DNA from: Candidatus Eiseniibacteriota bacterium
GTDB taxonomy: Bacteria; Eisenbacteria; RBG-16-71-46
Length of the DNA stretch: 64,000 nt
Assembly: GCA_963725865.1 (NCBI GenBank)
Contig: CAVSAC010000012.1
Span: 736,001-800,000, forward strand
Direction of reading: 5' to 3'
Shown in pieces: positions 1 to 10,041 of the stretch. The stretch's first letter is position 1. Each line of letters starts with the position of its first letter. A model generated the notes under the pieces. The model was not told where the DNA came from. It saw only the letters and a program-made list of their open reading frames with translations, and made no database searches. Position numbers and translations under genes: made by a program.

Positions 1-1
1 C

Positions 2-853
2 GCGCGGCCCGGGCACGTGTTCCCGCTGCGCGCGGTGCCGGGCGGCGTGCTGCGCCGCGCCGGCCACACCGAGGCGGTGCCGGACCTGTGCACGCTCGCG
101 GGCCTGCGGCCGGTCGGCGCGCTGTGCGAGATCCTGACCGATGACGGCCACATGATGCGGCTGCCCGAGCTGCAGCGGTTCGCCCGCGTGCACGGGCTCG
201 GCATCCTCGCGATCCGGGACCTCATCGAGTACCGCCGCCGCCGCGAGCACCTCGTGCGGCGGATCGTGAGCGTGCCGCTGCCGATCGCCGAGGGCACGTT
301 CACGCTGCACCTCTTCCAGGAGACGATCGAGAACGATCATCACGTGGCGCTGGTGATGGGCGACGTGCGCAAGGGCGGGCCGGTGCTGGTGCGCGTCCAC
401 TCGCAGTGCCTGACCGGCGACGTGTTCGGCTCCCAGCGCTGCGACTGCGGCCCGCAGATGCACGCCGCGCTGCGCGCCATCGCGCGCCGCCGCCGGGGCG
501 TGTTCGTCTACCTGCGCCAGGAGGGCCGCGGCATCGGGCTCGCGAACAAGCTGCGCGCGTACGCGCTCCAGGACCGCGGGCTCGACACGGTGGAGGCGAA
601 CGTCCGGCTCGGCTTCCCGGCCGACCTGCGCGACTACGGCATCGGCGCCCAGATCCTCACCGACCTGGGGCTCACGCGCATCGAGCTGCTCACCAACAAT
701 CCGCGCAAGATCGTGGGCCTCGAGGCGCACGGGCTCGAGATCGTGCGGCGGGTGCCCCTGCGGGTGAAGCCCACCCCGCACAACCGGCGCTACCTGGCCA
801 CCAAGCGCGACAAGCTCGGGCACCTGCTCGGCCTCGAGCTGGGGGAGACGTGA
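2..853 (+). CDS. ribBA: Bifunctional DHBP synthase / GTP cyclohydrolase II (5'-truncated by window edge)
   Basis: RPGHVFPL and RAGHTEA (DHBP synthase), then [37 protein letters not shown] (GTP cyclohydrolase II); frame open from position 2. Confidence 0.96.
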   Translation, partial: ARPGHVFPLRAVPGGVLRRAGHTEAVPDLCTLAGLRPVGALCEILTDDGHMMRLPELQRFARVHGLGILAIRDLIEYRRRREHLVRRIVSVPLPIAEGTFTLHLFQETIENDHHVALVMGDVRKGGPVLVRVHSQCLTGDVFGSQRCDCGPQMHAALRAIARRRRGVFVYLRQEGRGIGLANKLRAYALQDRGLDTVEANVRLGFPADLRDYGIGAQILTDLGLTRIELLTNNPRKIVGLEAHGLEIVRRVPLRVKPTPHNRRYLATKRDKLGHLLGLELGET

Positions 854-855
854 GC

Positions 856-1329
856 ATGCGCGAGTTCAAGGGCGACCACGACGCGACCGGCCTGCGGTTC
901 GGGCTCGTGGCGGCCCGCTTCAACGAGAAGTACGTCCAGCGCCTGGTCGACGGCGCGCTCGAGACGCTGCGCCGCCAGGGCGCCGACGAGAGCGCGCTCG
1001 AGGTGTGGTGGGTGCCGGGCTCGCTCGAGCTGCCGCTGGCGGCGCGCTGGCTGGCGGAGGGTCCGCGCGCGTCCAGCGCCGTGCTCGCATTCGGCGTGAT
1101 CGTGCGGGGCGAGACCGAGCACTTTCGACTGGTCGCCGACCAGTGTGCGCGCGGGTTGCTCGACGTCGGGTTGACGACCGGCACCCCGGTGCTCAACGGC
1201 GTGCTGGCCTGCCACGACATCGCGCAGGTCGAGGCCCGCATCGGCGGCGCCGTCGGTCACACCGGGATCTCGACCGCGCTCGCGGCCATTCCGATGGCGC
1301 GGCTGCGCTCGCTGCGGGAGCGTCGGTGA
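856..1329 (+). CDS. ribH: 6,7-dimethyl-8-ribityllumazine synthase
   Basis: ARFN, VPGSLELP and GVIVRGETEHF motifs; lies between ribBA and nusB. Confidence 0.92.
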   Translation: MREFKGDHDATGLRFGLVAARFNEKYVQRLVDGALETLRRQGADESALEVWWVPGSLELPLAARWLAEGPRASSAVLAFGVIVRGETEHFRLVADQCARGLLDVGLTTGTPVLNGVLACHDIAQVEARIGGAVGHTGISTALAAIPMARLRSLRERR

Positions 1330-1757
1330 CGCGCGAGGTCCCGACGGCCCGACGGCGCGCGCGGGCGCTCGCGTTCCGCGTCGTCTACCAGTGCGACGTC
1401 ACCGGGGACGCTCCGCTCGACGCCTGGCGCGGCCTGCGCGACGAGGAGCACCTGAGCGAGGACCAGCACGAGCTGGTCGAGGACGTGGTGCGCCACCTCG
1501 CCGAGCACGGCGGCGAGGTGGACGCGGCGCTCCGCGACGCGCTCGACCGCTGGCCGCTCGAGCGGCTGGCGGCCACCGACCGCGCGGTGCTCCGCATCGC
1601 GACCGCCGAGCTGCGCGCGCGCGCCGGGAGCCCGGCGCGGGTGGTGATCGACGAGGCGATCGAGCTGGCGCGCCTCTACGGCAGCGAGGAGTCCGGCCGG
1701 TTCGTCAACGGCGTGCTCGACCGCGTCGCGCGCGCGCTGCGCCCCGGGGAGTTCTGA
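1326..1757 (+). CDS. nusB: Transcription antitermination factor NusB
   Basis: RRRARALAF, WPLERLAATDRAVLRIA, VVIDEAIELARLYG..SGRFVNGVLD; GTGA overlap with ribH. Confidence 0.94.
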   Translation: MTREVPTARRRARALAFRVVYQCDVTGDAPLDAWRGLRDEEHLSEDQHELVEDVVRHLAEHGGEVDAALRDALDRWPLERLAATDRAVLRIATAELRARAGSPARVVIDEAIELARLYGSEESGRFVNGVLDRVARALRPGEF

Positions 1758-2482
1758 TGCGGCGCGCGGTGCTGAGTGACATCCACGGGAACCTGGACGC
1801 GCTCGAGGCGGTGCTCGCGGAGCTCGAGCGCCAGCAGCTCACCAGCCTGGCGTGCCTCGGCGACTTCGTCGGCTACGGCGGCGCCCCCAATCCGTGCGTG
1901 GAACGGTTGCGATCGCGGGTCGAGGCCGCGGTGTGCGGCAACCACGACGTCGTGGCGTCGGGCCGCCTGCGCCTCAGCGCGTTCAACAGCGAGGCGGCGA
2001 CCGCCGCGCGGTGGACCTCCGAGACGCTCGAGCCCAGCCATCGCGAATGGCTCCAGTCGCTCCCGTACGTCGCGCGCTGGCACGGCGCGCTGCTGGTCCA
2101 CGCGTCGCCGGTGGAGCCGGAACAGTGGCACTACGTGCTGTCGCCGTACGAGGCCGAGCACGAGCTGGCGGGCTTCGAGGAGTCGCTGTGCCTGATCGGA
2201 CATTCGCACTATCCGGGCGCGTTCGAGCAGGAGGGCACCCGCGTGCGCTACACCCGCGAGCCGCAGGTGCAGATGCAGGCCGGACGCCGCTACATCGTGA
2301 ACGTCGGGAGCGTGGGGCAGCCCCGCGACGGCGATCCGCGCGCCGCCTTCCTGGTGTGGGACGACGAGCGGAGCACCCTGGAACACGTGCGGGTCGCCTA
2401 CGACATCGAGCGGGCGATGGCCCGCATCCTCGAGGCGGGCCTGCCCCGTTTCCTGGCCGAGCGCCTGCAGTGGGGGGAGTGA
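1757..2482 (+). CDS. Calcineurin-like metallophosphoesterase
   Basis: SDIHGN, CLGDFVGYG, GNHD, HASP, GHSH, NVGSVGQPRDGDPRAA motifs. Confidence 0.9.
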   Translation: MRRAVLSDIHGNLDALEAVLAELERQQLTSLACLGDFVGYGGAPNPCVERLRSRVEAAVCGNHDVVASGRLRLSAFNSEAATAARWTSETLEPSHREWLQSLPYVARWHGALLVHASPVEPEQWHYVLSPYEAEHELAGFEESLCLIGHSHYPGAFEQEGTRVRYTREPQVQMQAGRRYIVNVGSVGQPRDGDPRAAFLVWDDERSTLEHVRVAYDIERAMARILEAGLPRFLAERLQWGE

Positions 2483-2484
2483 CG

Positions 2485-3273
2485 ATGGCCGAACCGGCGC
2501 CGTCCCGCGTCTCGACGCTCGACCACTGGGAGTCGTACTGGAAGAGCCACGCCGACCTCGACCGCACGTACTCGACCGGCGGGCGGCTGGTGCGCGAGGT
2601 GCTGCGCGACGGCGACGTGCGCGGACGGCGGGTGATGGAGGTCGGCGCGGGCTCGGGTCGCGACCTGCTGGCGCTGGTGCGCGAGGGCGCGCGCGGCGTG
2701 GTGCTCGACTACTCGCCGGCCTCGCTCGAGCTGGTGCGCCGGCAGGCGGCCGCGCAGGGGCTGCCGGTCCACCTGGTGCGCGCCGACGCGCTGCGCATGC
2801 CGTTCCGCGACGGTACGTTCGACGTCGTGTTCCACCAAGGCCTGCTCGAGCACTTCCGCGACCCGATGCCGCTGCTCCGCGAGAACGCGCGCGTGGCCGC
2901 GCGCGGCGGGCGCGTGATCGTCGACGTGCCGCAGACGTTCCATCTCTACACCGTGATGAAGAACGTGCTGATCGCGCTCGATCGCTGGTTCGCCGGCTGG
3001 GAGACGCAGTTCACGCCGGCGCAGCTCGAGCGGCTGGTGGCGGCGACCGGGCTGCAGGTGCGGCGCACCTATGGCGAATGGATGGTGCCCGGGCTCGGGT
3101 ATCGCGTGGTGCGCGAGCTGCTCAAGCGCGGCACCGGGCTCGCGCTGCCGCTGGAGCCGCGCGGTCCGGAGTGGTGGGCGGCCGGCTGGGAGGCGCTGCG
3201 CGCGCGGCTGTCGGGTACGCGCTGGGCGACCTGGACCGCCCACGTGATCGGAACCGTGGCCGAGAAGCGATGA
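2485..3273 (+). CDS. Class I SAM-dependent methyltransferase
   Basis: VMEVGAGSG motif I; ADALRMPFRDGTFDVVFHQGLLEHF. Confidence 0.88.
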   Translation: MAEPAPSRVSTLDHWESYWKSHADLDRTYSTGGRLVREVLRDGDVRGRRVMEVGAGSGRDLLALVREGARGVVLDYSPASLELVRRQAAAQGLPVHLVRADALRMPFRDGTFDVVFHQGLLEHFRDPMPLLRENARVAARGGRVIVDVPQTFHLYTVMKNVLIALDRWFAGWETQFTPAQLERLVAATGLQVRRTYGEWMVPGLGYRVVRELLKRGTGLALPLEPRGPEWWAAGWEALRARLSGTRWATWTAHVIGTVAEKR

Positions 3274-4397
3274 GCCGCCCCCTCCACCTGCTGGCGGTCA
3301 ACTTCCGCGACCCGGAGCATCCCGAGGCCGGCGGGGCCGAGCTGCATCTGGAGGAGATCCTGCTCGAGGCGGTGCGGCGCGGACATCGCGTGACCTGGCT
3401 CGCCACCACGTTTCCCGGCGGGCCCACCGAGGTCGAGCGGCGCGGGATGCGCGTGGTCCGCCGCGGCGTCTGGTGGAACTTCAACTGGGTGGTGCCCCGC
3501 GTGCTGGCGAGCGAATTCGCGCGTCCCGCGCCCGACCTGGTGATCGAGGACATCAACAAGGTGCCCTGCTTCACGCCGATGTGGACGCGTGCCCCGGTCG
3601 CCGCCATCGTGCCCCACCTGTTCGGGACCGCGGCGTTCCAGGAAGCGGCGGCGCCGGTCGCGTTGTACGTGCAGGCGCTCGAGGCCCTGATCCCGTCGCT
3701 CTACCGCGGCACGCGCTTCCTGGTGATCTCGGAGAGCACGCGCGACGACCTGATCGCGCGCGGCGTGCCGGCCGACCACATCGTCGTCGTCCACTGCGGG
3801 CTCGACCACGACACCTACCGGTTCGATCCGGGGGCGGGGAAGACCACGCACCCGAGCCTGGCGTTCGTCGGGCGGTTGCGTCGGTACAAGGGCGTGGACT
3901 GGCTGCTGCGCGCGCTGCCGCGGGTGCGCGAGCGGGTGCCCGCGGTGCGGCTCGAGATCATCGGCGACGGACCGTGGAAGTCGGCGCTCGAGCGTTCGGC
4001 CGCTGAGTTGGGAATCGCGGATGCGGTCGACTTCTGCGGCTTCCTGCCGCGGGCCGAGAAGGTGCGGCGCCTGCAGCGCGCCTGGTGCCTGGTGCAGCCG
4101 AGCCCCAAGGAAGGCTGGGGGCTGACGGTGGTGGAGGCCGGCGCATGCGGCACCGCGGTCGTGGCCGCCGACAGCCCGGGGCTGCGCGACTCGGTGTGCC
4201 GCGACGAGACCGGCCTGCTGGTGCCGTTCGGCGACGACGCGGGGCTTGCCGCGGCGCTGGTGCGCGTGCTCACGGACGTCCCGCTGCGTGACGCGCTCGC
4301 GATCGGCGGGCTCACGTGGTCGACGCGCTTCACGTGGCCCGATTGCGCCGAGCGGTCGCTCGACGCCATGCTGCGCGGACGGGAGGGATCATGGTGA
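3270..4397 (+). CDS. Glycosyltransferase family 4
   Basis: HPEAGGAE, FVGRLRRYKG, EGWGLTVVEAGACG (EX7E). Confidence 0.92.
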   Translation: MSRPLHLLAVNFRDPEHPEAGGAELHLEEILLEAVRRGHRVTWLATTFPGGPTEVERRGMRVVRRGVWWNFNWVVPRVLASEFARPAPDLVIEDINKVPCFTPMWTRAPVAAIVPHLFGTAAFQEAAAPVALYVQALEALIPSLYRGTRFLVISESTRDDLIARGVPADHIVVVHCGLDHDTYRFDPGAGKTTHPSLAFVGRLRRYKGVDWLLRALPRVRERVPAVRLEIIGDGPWKSALERSAAELGIADAVDFCGFLPRAEKVRRLQRAWCLVQPSPKEGWGLTVVEAGACGTAVVAADSPGLRDSVCRDETGLLVPFGDDAGLAAALVRVLTDVPLRDALAIGGLTWSTRFTWPDCAERSLDAMLRGREGSW

Positions 4398-5398
4398 GCC
4401 CTGCGTCCGGCGGGCGGCCGAGCCTCAGGACCATTCTGCTGCTGAGCGCGAAGGTGGTGTTCAGCGTCGGGCTGATGGCGTTCTTCGTGAAGCGCATCTC
4501 GCTCGACGACCTCGGCGTGGCGCTGCGCGCCGCCGATCCGCGCGGCCTCGCGCTCGCCGCGGCGTTGCTGGTGTTCTCGAACGTGCTCGGCTCGCTGCAG
4601 TGGGGCCAGCTGCTGCGCGCGGTCGACATCCGCATCCCGTTCTGGAAGGTGTGCGCCTACTATCACGTCGGGTTGTTCTTCAACAACTTCCTGCCCGCGA
4701 ACATCGGCGGCGACATCGCGCGCGTGTTCGACGCCTCGCGCCACGCCGAGACCAAGGCGGCCGCGGTCTCGACGGTGCTGATGGACCGCCTGGTCGGCAC
4801 CCTGGCGCTCGGAGGGCTGGCGCTCGTCACGACGCTGCCGGCGATCGACCGCTTCCACCTGTCGGTGGTCTACCTGATGGTGGTGGGATTCTTCGTGGTC
4901 ACCGTGCTGCTGGTGTGGGCGATCTTCCATCCGGCGCTGCTGCCGGCGGTCGAGCGCCTGCTCGCGCGGTTCGGACTGGGCGGGCTCAAGCCACATCTGG
5001 ACGACCTCGCCGAACGGCTGAAGGGATTCCGCGGCGAGCGGGGACTCTTCACGCGCTTGCTCGCGCTCGCGACCGTGGTGCAGGTGTCAAGGATCGGTGT
5101 GCACGTGCTGGTCGCGCGCGCGCTCGGCCTCCACATCGAGATCGCCTACTTCTTCCTTTTCGTGCCGTTGCTCGCGGTGATAGTCTCGCTGCCCATCTCG
5201 CTGAACGGCATCGGGGTTCGTGAAGGGGCGGGGATCCTCCTGTTCGGCCTGGTCGGGGTCGATCGGGCGCATGCCTTCTCGCTGCAATTCACCACCTACC
5301 TCGTCGCCGTCGCCGTCAGTCTGCTCGGAGGACTGGTGTTCGTCGCGCGCATCCCGAGCAGGCGAGCGGAAGCACGGCAGTCCCGGAGGTCGAACTGA
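4391..5398 (+). CDS. LPG-synthase TM / flippase-like membrane protein (UPF0104)
   Basis: Multi-TM; FFNNFLPANIGGDIAR, MDRLVG, LPISLNGIGVRE; SD GGGAGG. Confidence 0.85.
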   Translation: MVSPASGGRPSLRTILLLSAKVVFSVGLMAFFVKRISLDDLGVALRAADPRGLALAAALLVFSNVLGSLQWGQLLRAVDIRIPFWKVCAYYHVGLFFNNFLPANIGGDIARVFDASRHAETKAAAVSTVLMDRLVGTLALGGLALVTTLPAIDRFHLSVVYLMVVGFFVVTVLLVWAIFHPALLPAVERLLARFGLGGLKPHLDDLAERLKGFRGERGLFTRLLALATVVQVSRIGVHVLVARALGLHIEIAYFFLFVPLLAVIVSLPISLNGIGVREGAGILLFGLVGVDRAHAFSLQFTTYLVAVAVSLLGGLVFVARIPSRRAEARQSRRSN

Positions 5399-8124
5399 TG
5401 GACATGGGCAGGCGTACCACGATGGTCCTCGCCCTCGTGGTGTTCCTCATCGCCGCGACCGTCTACTTCATCACGCTCACCCCCACGGTCCCCTTCTGGG
5501 ACGCCGGCGAGTTCATCGCCGTCGCCAACATCCTCGGCATCCCGCATCCGCCCGGCACGCCGACCTACGTGCTGATCGCCCGCATCTTCACGATGATCCC
5601 GTGGGCGTCGGTCGCGCAGCGCGTCAACGCGTTGAGTGCGATCTCCTCGGCGCTGGCGGTGATGCTCACCTACCTGGTGTGCCTGCGCCTCATCCAGGGC
5701 GCGATGCGCGATCGCCTGACGCCGCAGAACAAGTGGCTGGCGCACGTGGGCGCGATCGCCGGCGCGCTGATGCTGGCGTTCTCCGACGCGTACTGGGAGA
5801 ACTCGATCGAGGCCGAGGTCTACCAGATGATGAGCCTCGCGCAGATCCTGGTGCTGTGGCTCGGACTGCGCTGGTGGGACGAGCACGAGCAACAGCCCTC
5901 GGTGGGCCTGCTGCTGGTCGCCGTCTACGTGATGTGGTTGTCGGTCGGACTGCACCTGGGCGTGGGCGTGATGGGGCTGCCGCTGCTCCTGATGGTGGCG
6001 ATCGCGGACCGCCGCGTGGCGCTGCTGTTCATGATGCCGTTCCTCGCGGTGCTGCTGTGCACGGCGGGGCTCGAACGCATGGCCGGCGCCGTCATCGTGC
6101 TCTCGACGCTGACGTTCATGGGCTTCGCGCAACAGCGCAAGCTGCCGTGGTGGGTGGTGCTGACGTGCGCGGTGCCCGCGCTGTGGGGCACCAGCATCGC
6201 GTTCGGCGACAAGTCGTTCGACTTCGTCACGGGCACCATCGCCGCGCTCTCGGTCGCGGTCCCGCTCGTGATGCTCGCGGGGCGCCACCGCGAAGGCCGC
6301 ATCCTCGCGCTCGCCCTGCTGCTGATGGTGATCGGGTACTCGACGCACGTCTATCTGCCCATCCGGGCCGCGCAGCACCCGGCGGTCAACGAGGGCGACC
6401 CGTCGACCTGGAACAACCTGCGCGATCTGCTCGAACGCAAGCAGTACGGACAGATGAACATGTTCGTGCGCCGCGCCGACATCAAGATCCAGCTCGGGAA
6501 GGAGTTCTGGCGCTACTTCAGCCGCCAGTGGCCGGTGCTGCCGTTCGACAACAAGGGGCTCGCCTCGCTCCTGGCGCTCTCGCTCGGCGTGATCGGGGCG
6601 GGGTGGCAGGCCGCGCGCGATCCCAAGCGCTGGTTGCCGGCGTTCGTGTTCTTCGGATTGAACACGGCGGGGTTGATCGTGTTCCTGAACTTCAGCGACC
6701 ACGAGGTGCGCGACCGCGACTACTTCTTCCAGAGCGGCTACCACGCGTTCGCGCTGTGGATCGGCGTCGGCAGCACGTGGCTGATCCTGTTCGTGCGCGA
6801 GGCGTTCACCGAGGGATCGCAGGCCGCGCGCTGGAGCACGTGGGCGACCGCCGGGCTGCTCCTGGCGCAGCCGTTCGTGCTGGCGAAGCAGCTCTGGTAC
6901 GAGCACGACCGCCGCGGCAACTACGTGGCGCGCGACTACGCGTACAACATGCTCGCGCCGCTCAAGCCCGACTCCTTCCTGTTCACGAACGGCGACAACG
7001 ACACGTTCCCGCTGTGGTACATCCAGGAGGTGGAGGGCTTCCGCAAGGACGTGCGGGTCGTCAACATGAGCCTGCTGAACACCGACTGGTACATCCGGCA
7101 GCTGAGGGACGAAGCCCCGAAGCTCCCGGTCGCGCTCGACAACACGATGATCACGCGCGGACTCGGTGACGGCGTGTTCCGGATCCCGCCCGGCCTCTCG
7201 AAGACGGAAGTGGACTCGCTGCTGAAGCCGTACATCGCGCAGGGCGGCGGCGTGGACCAGGAGGGCATCGTGCTGCTGCCCGACGGCCGCGGCGGGTACA
7301 AGCCGGTCTTCACGAACGACTTCATGGCCGGTCACATGATCGAGCACAGCCGGCTGCCCGGCGGTCGCTGGAGCCGGCAGCCCTACATCGCGGTGACGGT
7401 GCCCGACCACGTCGGCTACGATCGCAATCTCACGCTCGAGGGACTGGTCTACCGCGTCAACCCGGACACCACGGGGCCCGAGGTCGACGAGCAGGCCACC
7501 CGCCACGCGCTCTACGACGTCTTCAAGTATCGCGGACTGTTCAAGGCCGACGGCTCGTGGGACTCGACCGTGTACAAGGACGAGAACTCGGAGACGCTCT
7601 CGCGCAACTACGCCGCCGCGCACATCAACCTCGCGCTGCTCGCGCGCCGCACGGGCAACCTGCGGGTCGCGATCGCCGAGATGGAGCGCGTCGAGCGCAT
7701 GTTCCCGACGCTGTCGGAGGTGCTCAGCCCACTCGGACAGTTCTACATCGAGGCGGGCGACACCGCGCGGGCGTTCGCGTTCTACGAGGCCCAGGTGCGG
7801 CGCAACCCGCAGAGCGCCGAGGCGCACTACTACTACGGCGCCGTGCTGGCGGTGCGCCAACGGGTCCCGGAGGCGGTGAAGGAGTTCGATCGGGCCATCG
7901 GGCTCGATCCGAACCTCAACAACGCCTACTACTCCGCCTACTCGCTGCTGTGGGAGGCGGGCCAGCGCGAGCCGGCGCTGCGCTACCTCGAGCGCTGGCT
8001 GGACGGGCATCCGGACGACGCGCAGGCGCGCCAGCTCTACGAGATCCAGCGCCGGGCGCTCGGTGGCGGGAACGCGCCGCAGCCGATGCTGCCGCGGCCC
8101 ATGCTGTCGCCGGGCACACCGTAA
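5398..8124 (+). CDS. DUF2723/TMEM260-like multi-TM GT-C protein with C-terminal TPRs
   Basis: WDAGEF..HPPG N-terminal motif, EAEVY, VRDRDYFF, TNGDNDTFPLWY; C-terminal TPR-like helices (AEAHYYYGAVLA, FDRAIGLDP). Confidence 0.85.
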   Translation: MDMGRRTTMVLALVVFLIAATVYFITLTPTVPFWDAGEFIAVANILGIPHPPGTPTYVLIARIFTMIPWASVAQRVNALSAISSALAVMLTYLVCLRLIQGAMRDRLTPQNKWLAHVGAIAGALMLAFSDAYWENSIEAEVYQMMSLAQILVLWLGLRWWDEHEQQPSVGLLLVAVYVMWLSVGLHLGVGVMGLPLLLMVAIADRRVALLFMMPFLAVLLCTAGLERMAGAVIVLSTLTFMGFAQQRKLPWWVVLTCAVPALWGTSIAFGDKSFDFVTGTIAALSVAVPLVMLAGRHREGRILALALLLMVIGYSTHVYLPIRAAQHPAVNEGDPSTWNNLRDLLERKQYGQMNMFVRRADIKIQLGKEFWRYFSRQWPVLPFDNKGLASLLALSLGVIGAGWQAARDPKRWLPAFVFFGLNTAGLIVFLNFSDHEVRDRDYFFQSGYHAFALWIGVGSTWLILFVREAFTEGSQAARWSTWATAGLLLAQPFVLAKQLWYEHDRRGNYVARDYAYNMLAPLKPDSFLFTNGDNDTFPLWYIQEVEGFRKDVRVVNMSLLNTDWYIRQLRDEAPKLPVALDNTMITRGLGDGVFRIPPGLSKTEVDSLLKPYIAQGGGVDQEGIVLLPDGRGGYKPVFTNDFMAGHMIEHSRLPGGRWSRQPYIAVTVPDHVGYDRNLTLEGLVYRVNPDTTGPEVDEQATRHALYDVFKYRGLFKADGSWDSTVYKDENSETLSRNYAAAHINLALLARRTGNLRVAIAEMERVERMFPTLSEVLSPLGQFYIEAGDTARAFAFYEAQVRRNPQSAEAHYYYGAVLAVRQRVPEAVKEFDRAIGLDPNLNNAYYSAYSLLWEAGQREPALRYLERWLDGHPDDAQARQLYEIQRRALGGGNAPQPMLPRPMLSPGTP

Positions 8125-8137
8125 CCTCGGAGGTCGC

Positions 8138-9097
8138 ATGGCGGGGACGCGTGCGCTGGTGACCGGGGCGGCCGGCTTCATCGGCTCGACCCTCACCGAG
8201 CGCCTGCTCGATCGTGGCGTGGCGGTGACGGGCGTGGACTGCTTCACCGACTACTACGATCCGGCGCTCAAGCGCCGCAACCTCGAGCGCGCGCTCGCGC
8301 ACCCGGCGTTCGCGCTGCTCACGCTCGATCTCGGGGCGGCGGACCTCGCCGCGCTCCCGGAGGTCGACGTGGTGTTCCACCAGGCCGCGCAGGCCGGGGT
8401 GCGCGCGTCGTGGGGCGCCGACTTCGCGACCTACGTCCATCACAACGTGCTCGCCACCCAGCGGCTGCTCGAGCGCTACCAGGACGCGCGCCTCGAGCGC
8501 TTCGTGTACGCGTCGTCGTCGTCCGTGTACGGCGACGCCGAGCGCTATCCCACCGACGAGGCGCTGCTGCCGCGGCCGTTCTCGCCCTACGGGGTGACCA
8601 AGCTCGCGGCCGAGCACCTCGTGCTGCTCTACGGTCGCAACTTCGGACTCCCGGTCTCGGCGCTGCGCTACTTCACCGTGTACGGACCGCGCCAGCGCCC
8701 CGACATGGCGTTCCATCGCTTCTGCAAGGCGATGCTGGCAGGCGCGCCGATCACGGTGTACGGCGACGGCGAGCAGTCGCGCGACTTCACGTTCATCGAG
8801 GACGCCGTCGAGGCCAACCTGCTGGCGTGGCAGAAGAGCGCGCCGCAGGGCGTGTACAACATCGGCGGCGGCTCGCAGGTCACGGTCCGCGAGGCGATCG
8901 CGATGCTCGAGCGCGCGCTCGGCGTGAAGGCCGACCTGCGCTTCGAGCCGCGCCCGCCCGGCGATCCGCTGCGCACCCGGGCCGACGCGACGCGGCTGAA
9001 GACCGACCTCGGCTACGTGACGCGCGTCGGGATCGAGGCGGGACTGGCGGCCGAGGCCGCGTGGGCGCGCACGCTCTACGCCGGGGACGCCCGATGA
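8138..9097 (+). CDS. NAD-dependent nucleotide-sugar epimerase (UDP-GlcA/UDP-Glc 4-epimerase type)
   Basis: VTGAAGFIGS, AAQAGVR, SSSSVYG, YGVTK, YFTVYGPRQRPDMA; SD GGAGG. Confidence 0.92.
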   Translation: MAGTRALVTGAAGFIGSTLTERLLDRGVAVTGVDCFTDYYDPALKRRNLERALAHPAFALLTLDLGAADLAALPEVDVVFHQAAQAGVRASWGADFATYVHHNVLATQRLLERYQDARLERFVYASSSSVYGDAERYPTDEALLPRPFSPYGVTKLAAEHLVLLYGRNFGLPVSALRYFTVYGPRQRPDMAFHRFCKAMLAGAPITVYGDGEQSRDFTFIEDAVEANLLAWQKSAPQGVYNIGGGSQVTVREAIAMLERALGVKADLRFEPRPPGDPLRTRADATRLKTDLGYVTRVGIEAGLAAEAAWARTLYAGDAR

Positions 9098-10041
9098 GCG
9101 AAGCCCCGTTCGTCTCGGTGGTGGTGCCGGCCTACAACGAGGTCGAGAGCCTGCCGGAGCTGAACCGCGAGCTGGCCGCGGCGCTGACCTCGCTGGGGCG
9201 GCCGTGGGAGATCGTGTACGTGGACGACGGCTCGCGCGACGGCACCGACCAGGTCATCGCGGCGCTCGCCGCGGCCGACCCGCGGGTGAACGGCGCGGTG
9301 CTGCGCCGCAACTTCGGCAAGTCGGCGGCGCTCGCGACCGGGTTCAAGCGCGCGCGCGGCGAGTGGATCGTGACGATGGACGCCGACCTGCAGGACGACC
9401 CCGCGGAGCTGCCGCGGATGATCGCCGCGCTCGAGGGCGGGCTCGACCTGGTGTCGGGCTGGAAGCAGAAGCGGCAGGACCCGATCACGAAGACGATCCC
9501 TTCGCGCCTGTTCAACGCCGTCACCTCGATGGTCGCCGGCGTGCACCTGCACGACTTCAACTGCGGGTTCAAGCTCTACCGGCGCGAGGTGGTGGAGGCG
9601 ATCGACGTCTACGGCGAGCTGCACCGGTTCATGCCCGCGCTCGCGCACTGGCGCGGCTTCCGCGTCGGCGAGGTGCCCGTGCACCACCGCGCGCGCCGCT
9701 TCGGACAGAGCAAGTTCGGGGCGTCGCGCTTCGTGAACGGATTCCTCGACCTGCTCTCCGCCGCGTTCATCTCCACGTCCGCGCTCAAGCCGCTGCACGT
9801 CTTCGGCCGCATCGGGCTGCTGTTCCTGCTCGGCGGGCTGCTGATGGGGCTGTGGTTCGTGGCGGAGTGGGTGCGCGGCGTGCCGATGCACGTGCGGCCG
9901 CTGATGCTGTTCGGCGCCGGCCTGGTGCTGCTCGGCATCCAGCTCGTCCTGATGGGCCTGCTCGGCGAGATGATCGCCAGCATGCGCGCGCGCGACGACT
10001 ATCCGCTGCGCCGCACGTTCGGCCCGGACGGGGACGCATGA
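9094..10041 (+). CDS. GT2 polyprenol-phosphate glycosyltransferase (ArnC/GtrB-like) with two C-terminal TM helices
   Basis: VVVPAYNE, DDGSRD, RNFGKSAA, MDADLQDDP, GELHRFMP. Confidence 0.9.
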   Translation: MSEAPFVSVVVPAYNEVESLPELNRELAAALTSLGRPWEIVYVDDGSRDGTDQVIAALAAADPRVNGAVLRRNFGKSAALATGFKRARGEWIVTMDADLQDDPAELPRMIAALEGGLDLVSGWKQKRQDPITKTIPSRLFNAVTSMVAGVHLHDFNCGFKLYRREVVEAIDVYGELHRFMPALAHWRGFRVGEVPVHHRARRFGQSKFGASRFVNGFLDLLSAAFISTSALKPLHVFGRIGLLFLLGGLLMGLWFVAEWVRGVPMHVRPLMLFGAGLVLLGIQLVLMGLLGEMIASMRARDDYPLRRTFGPDGDA

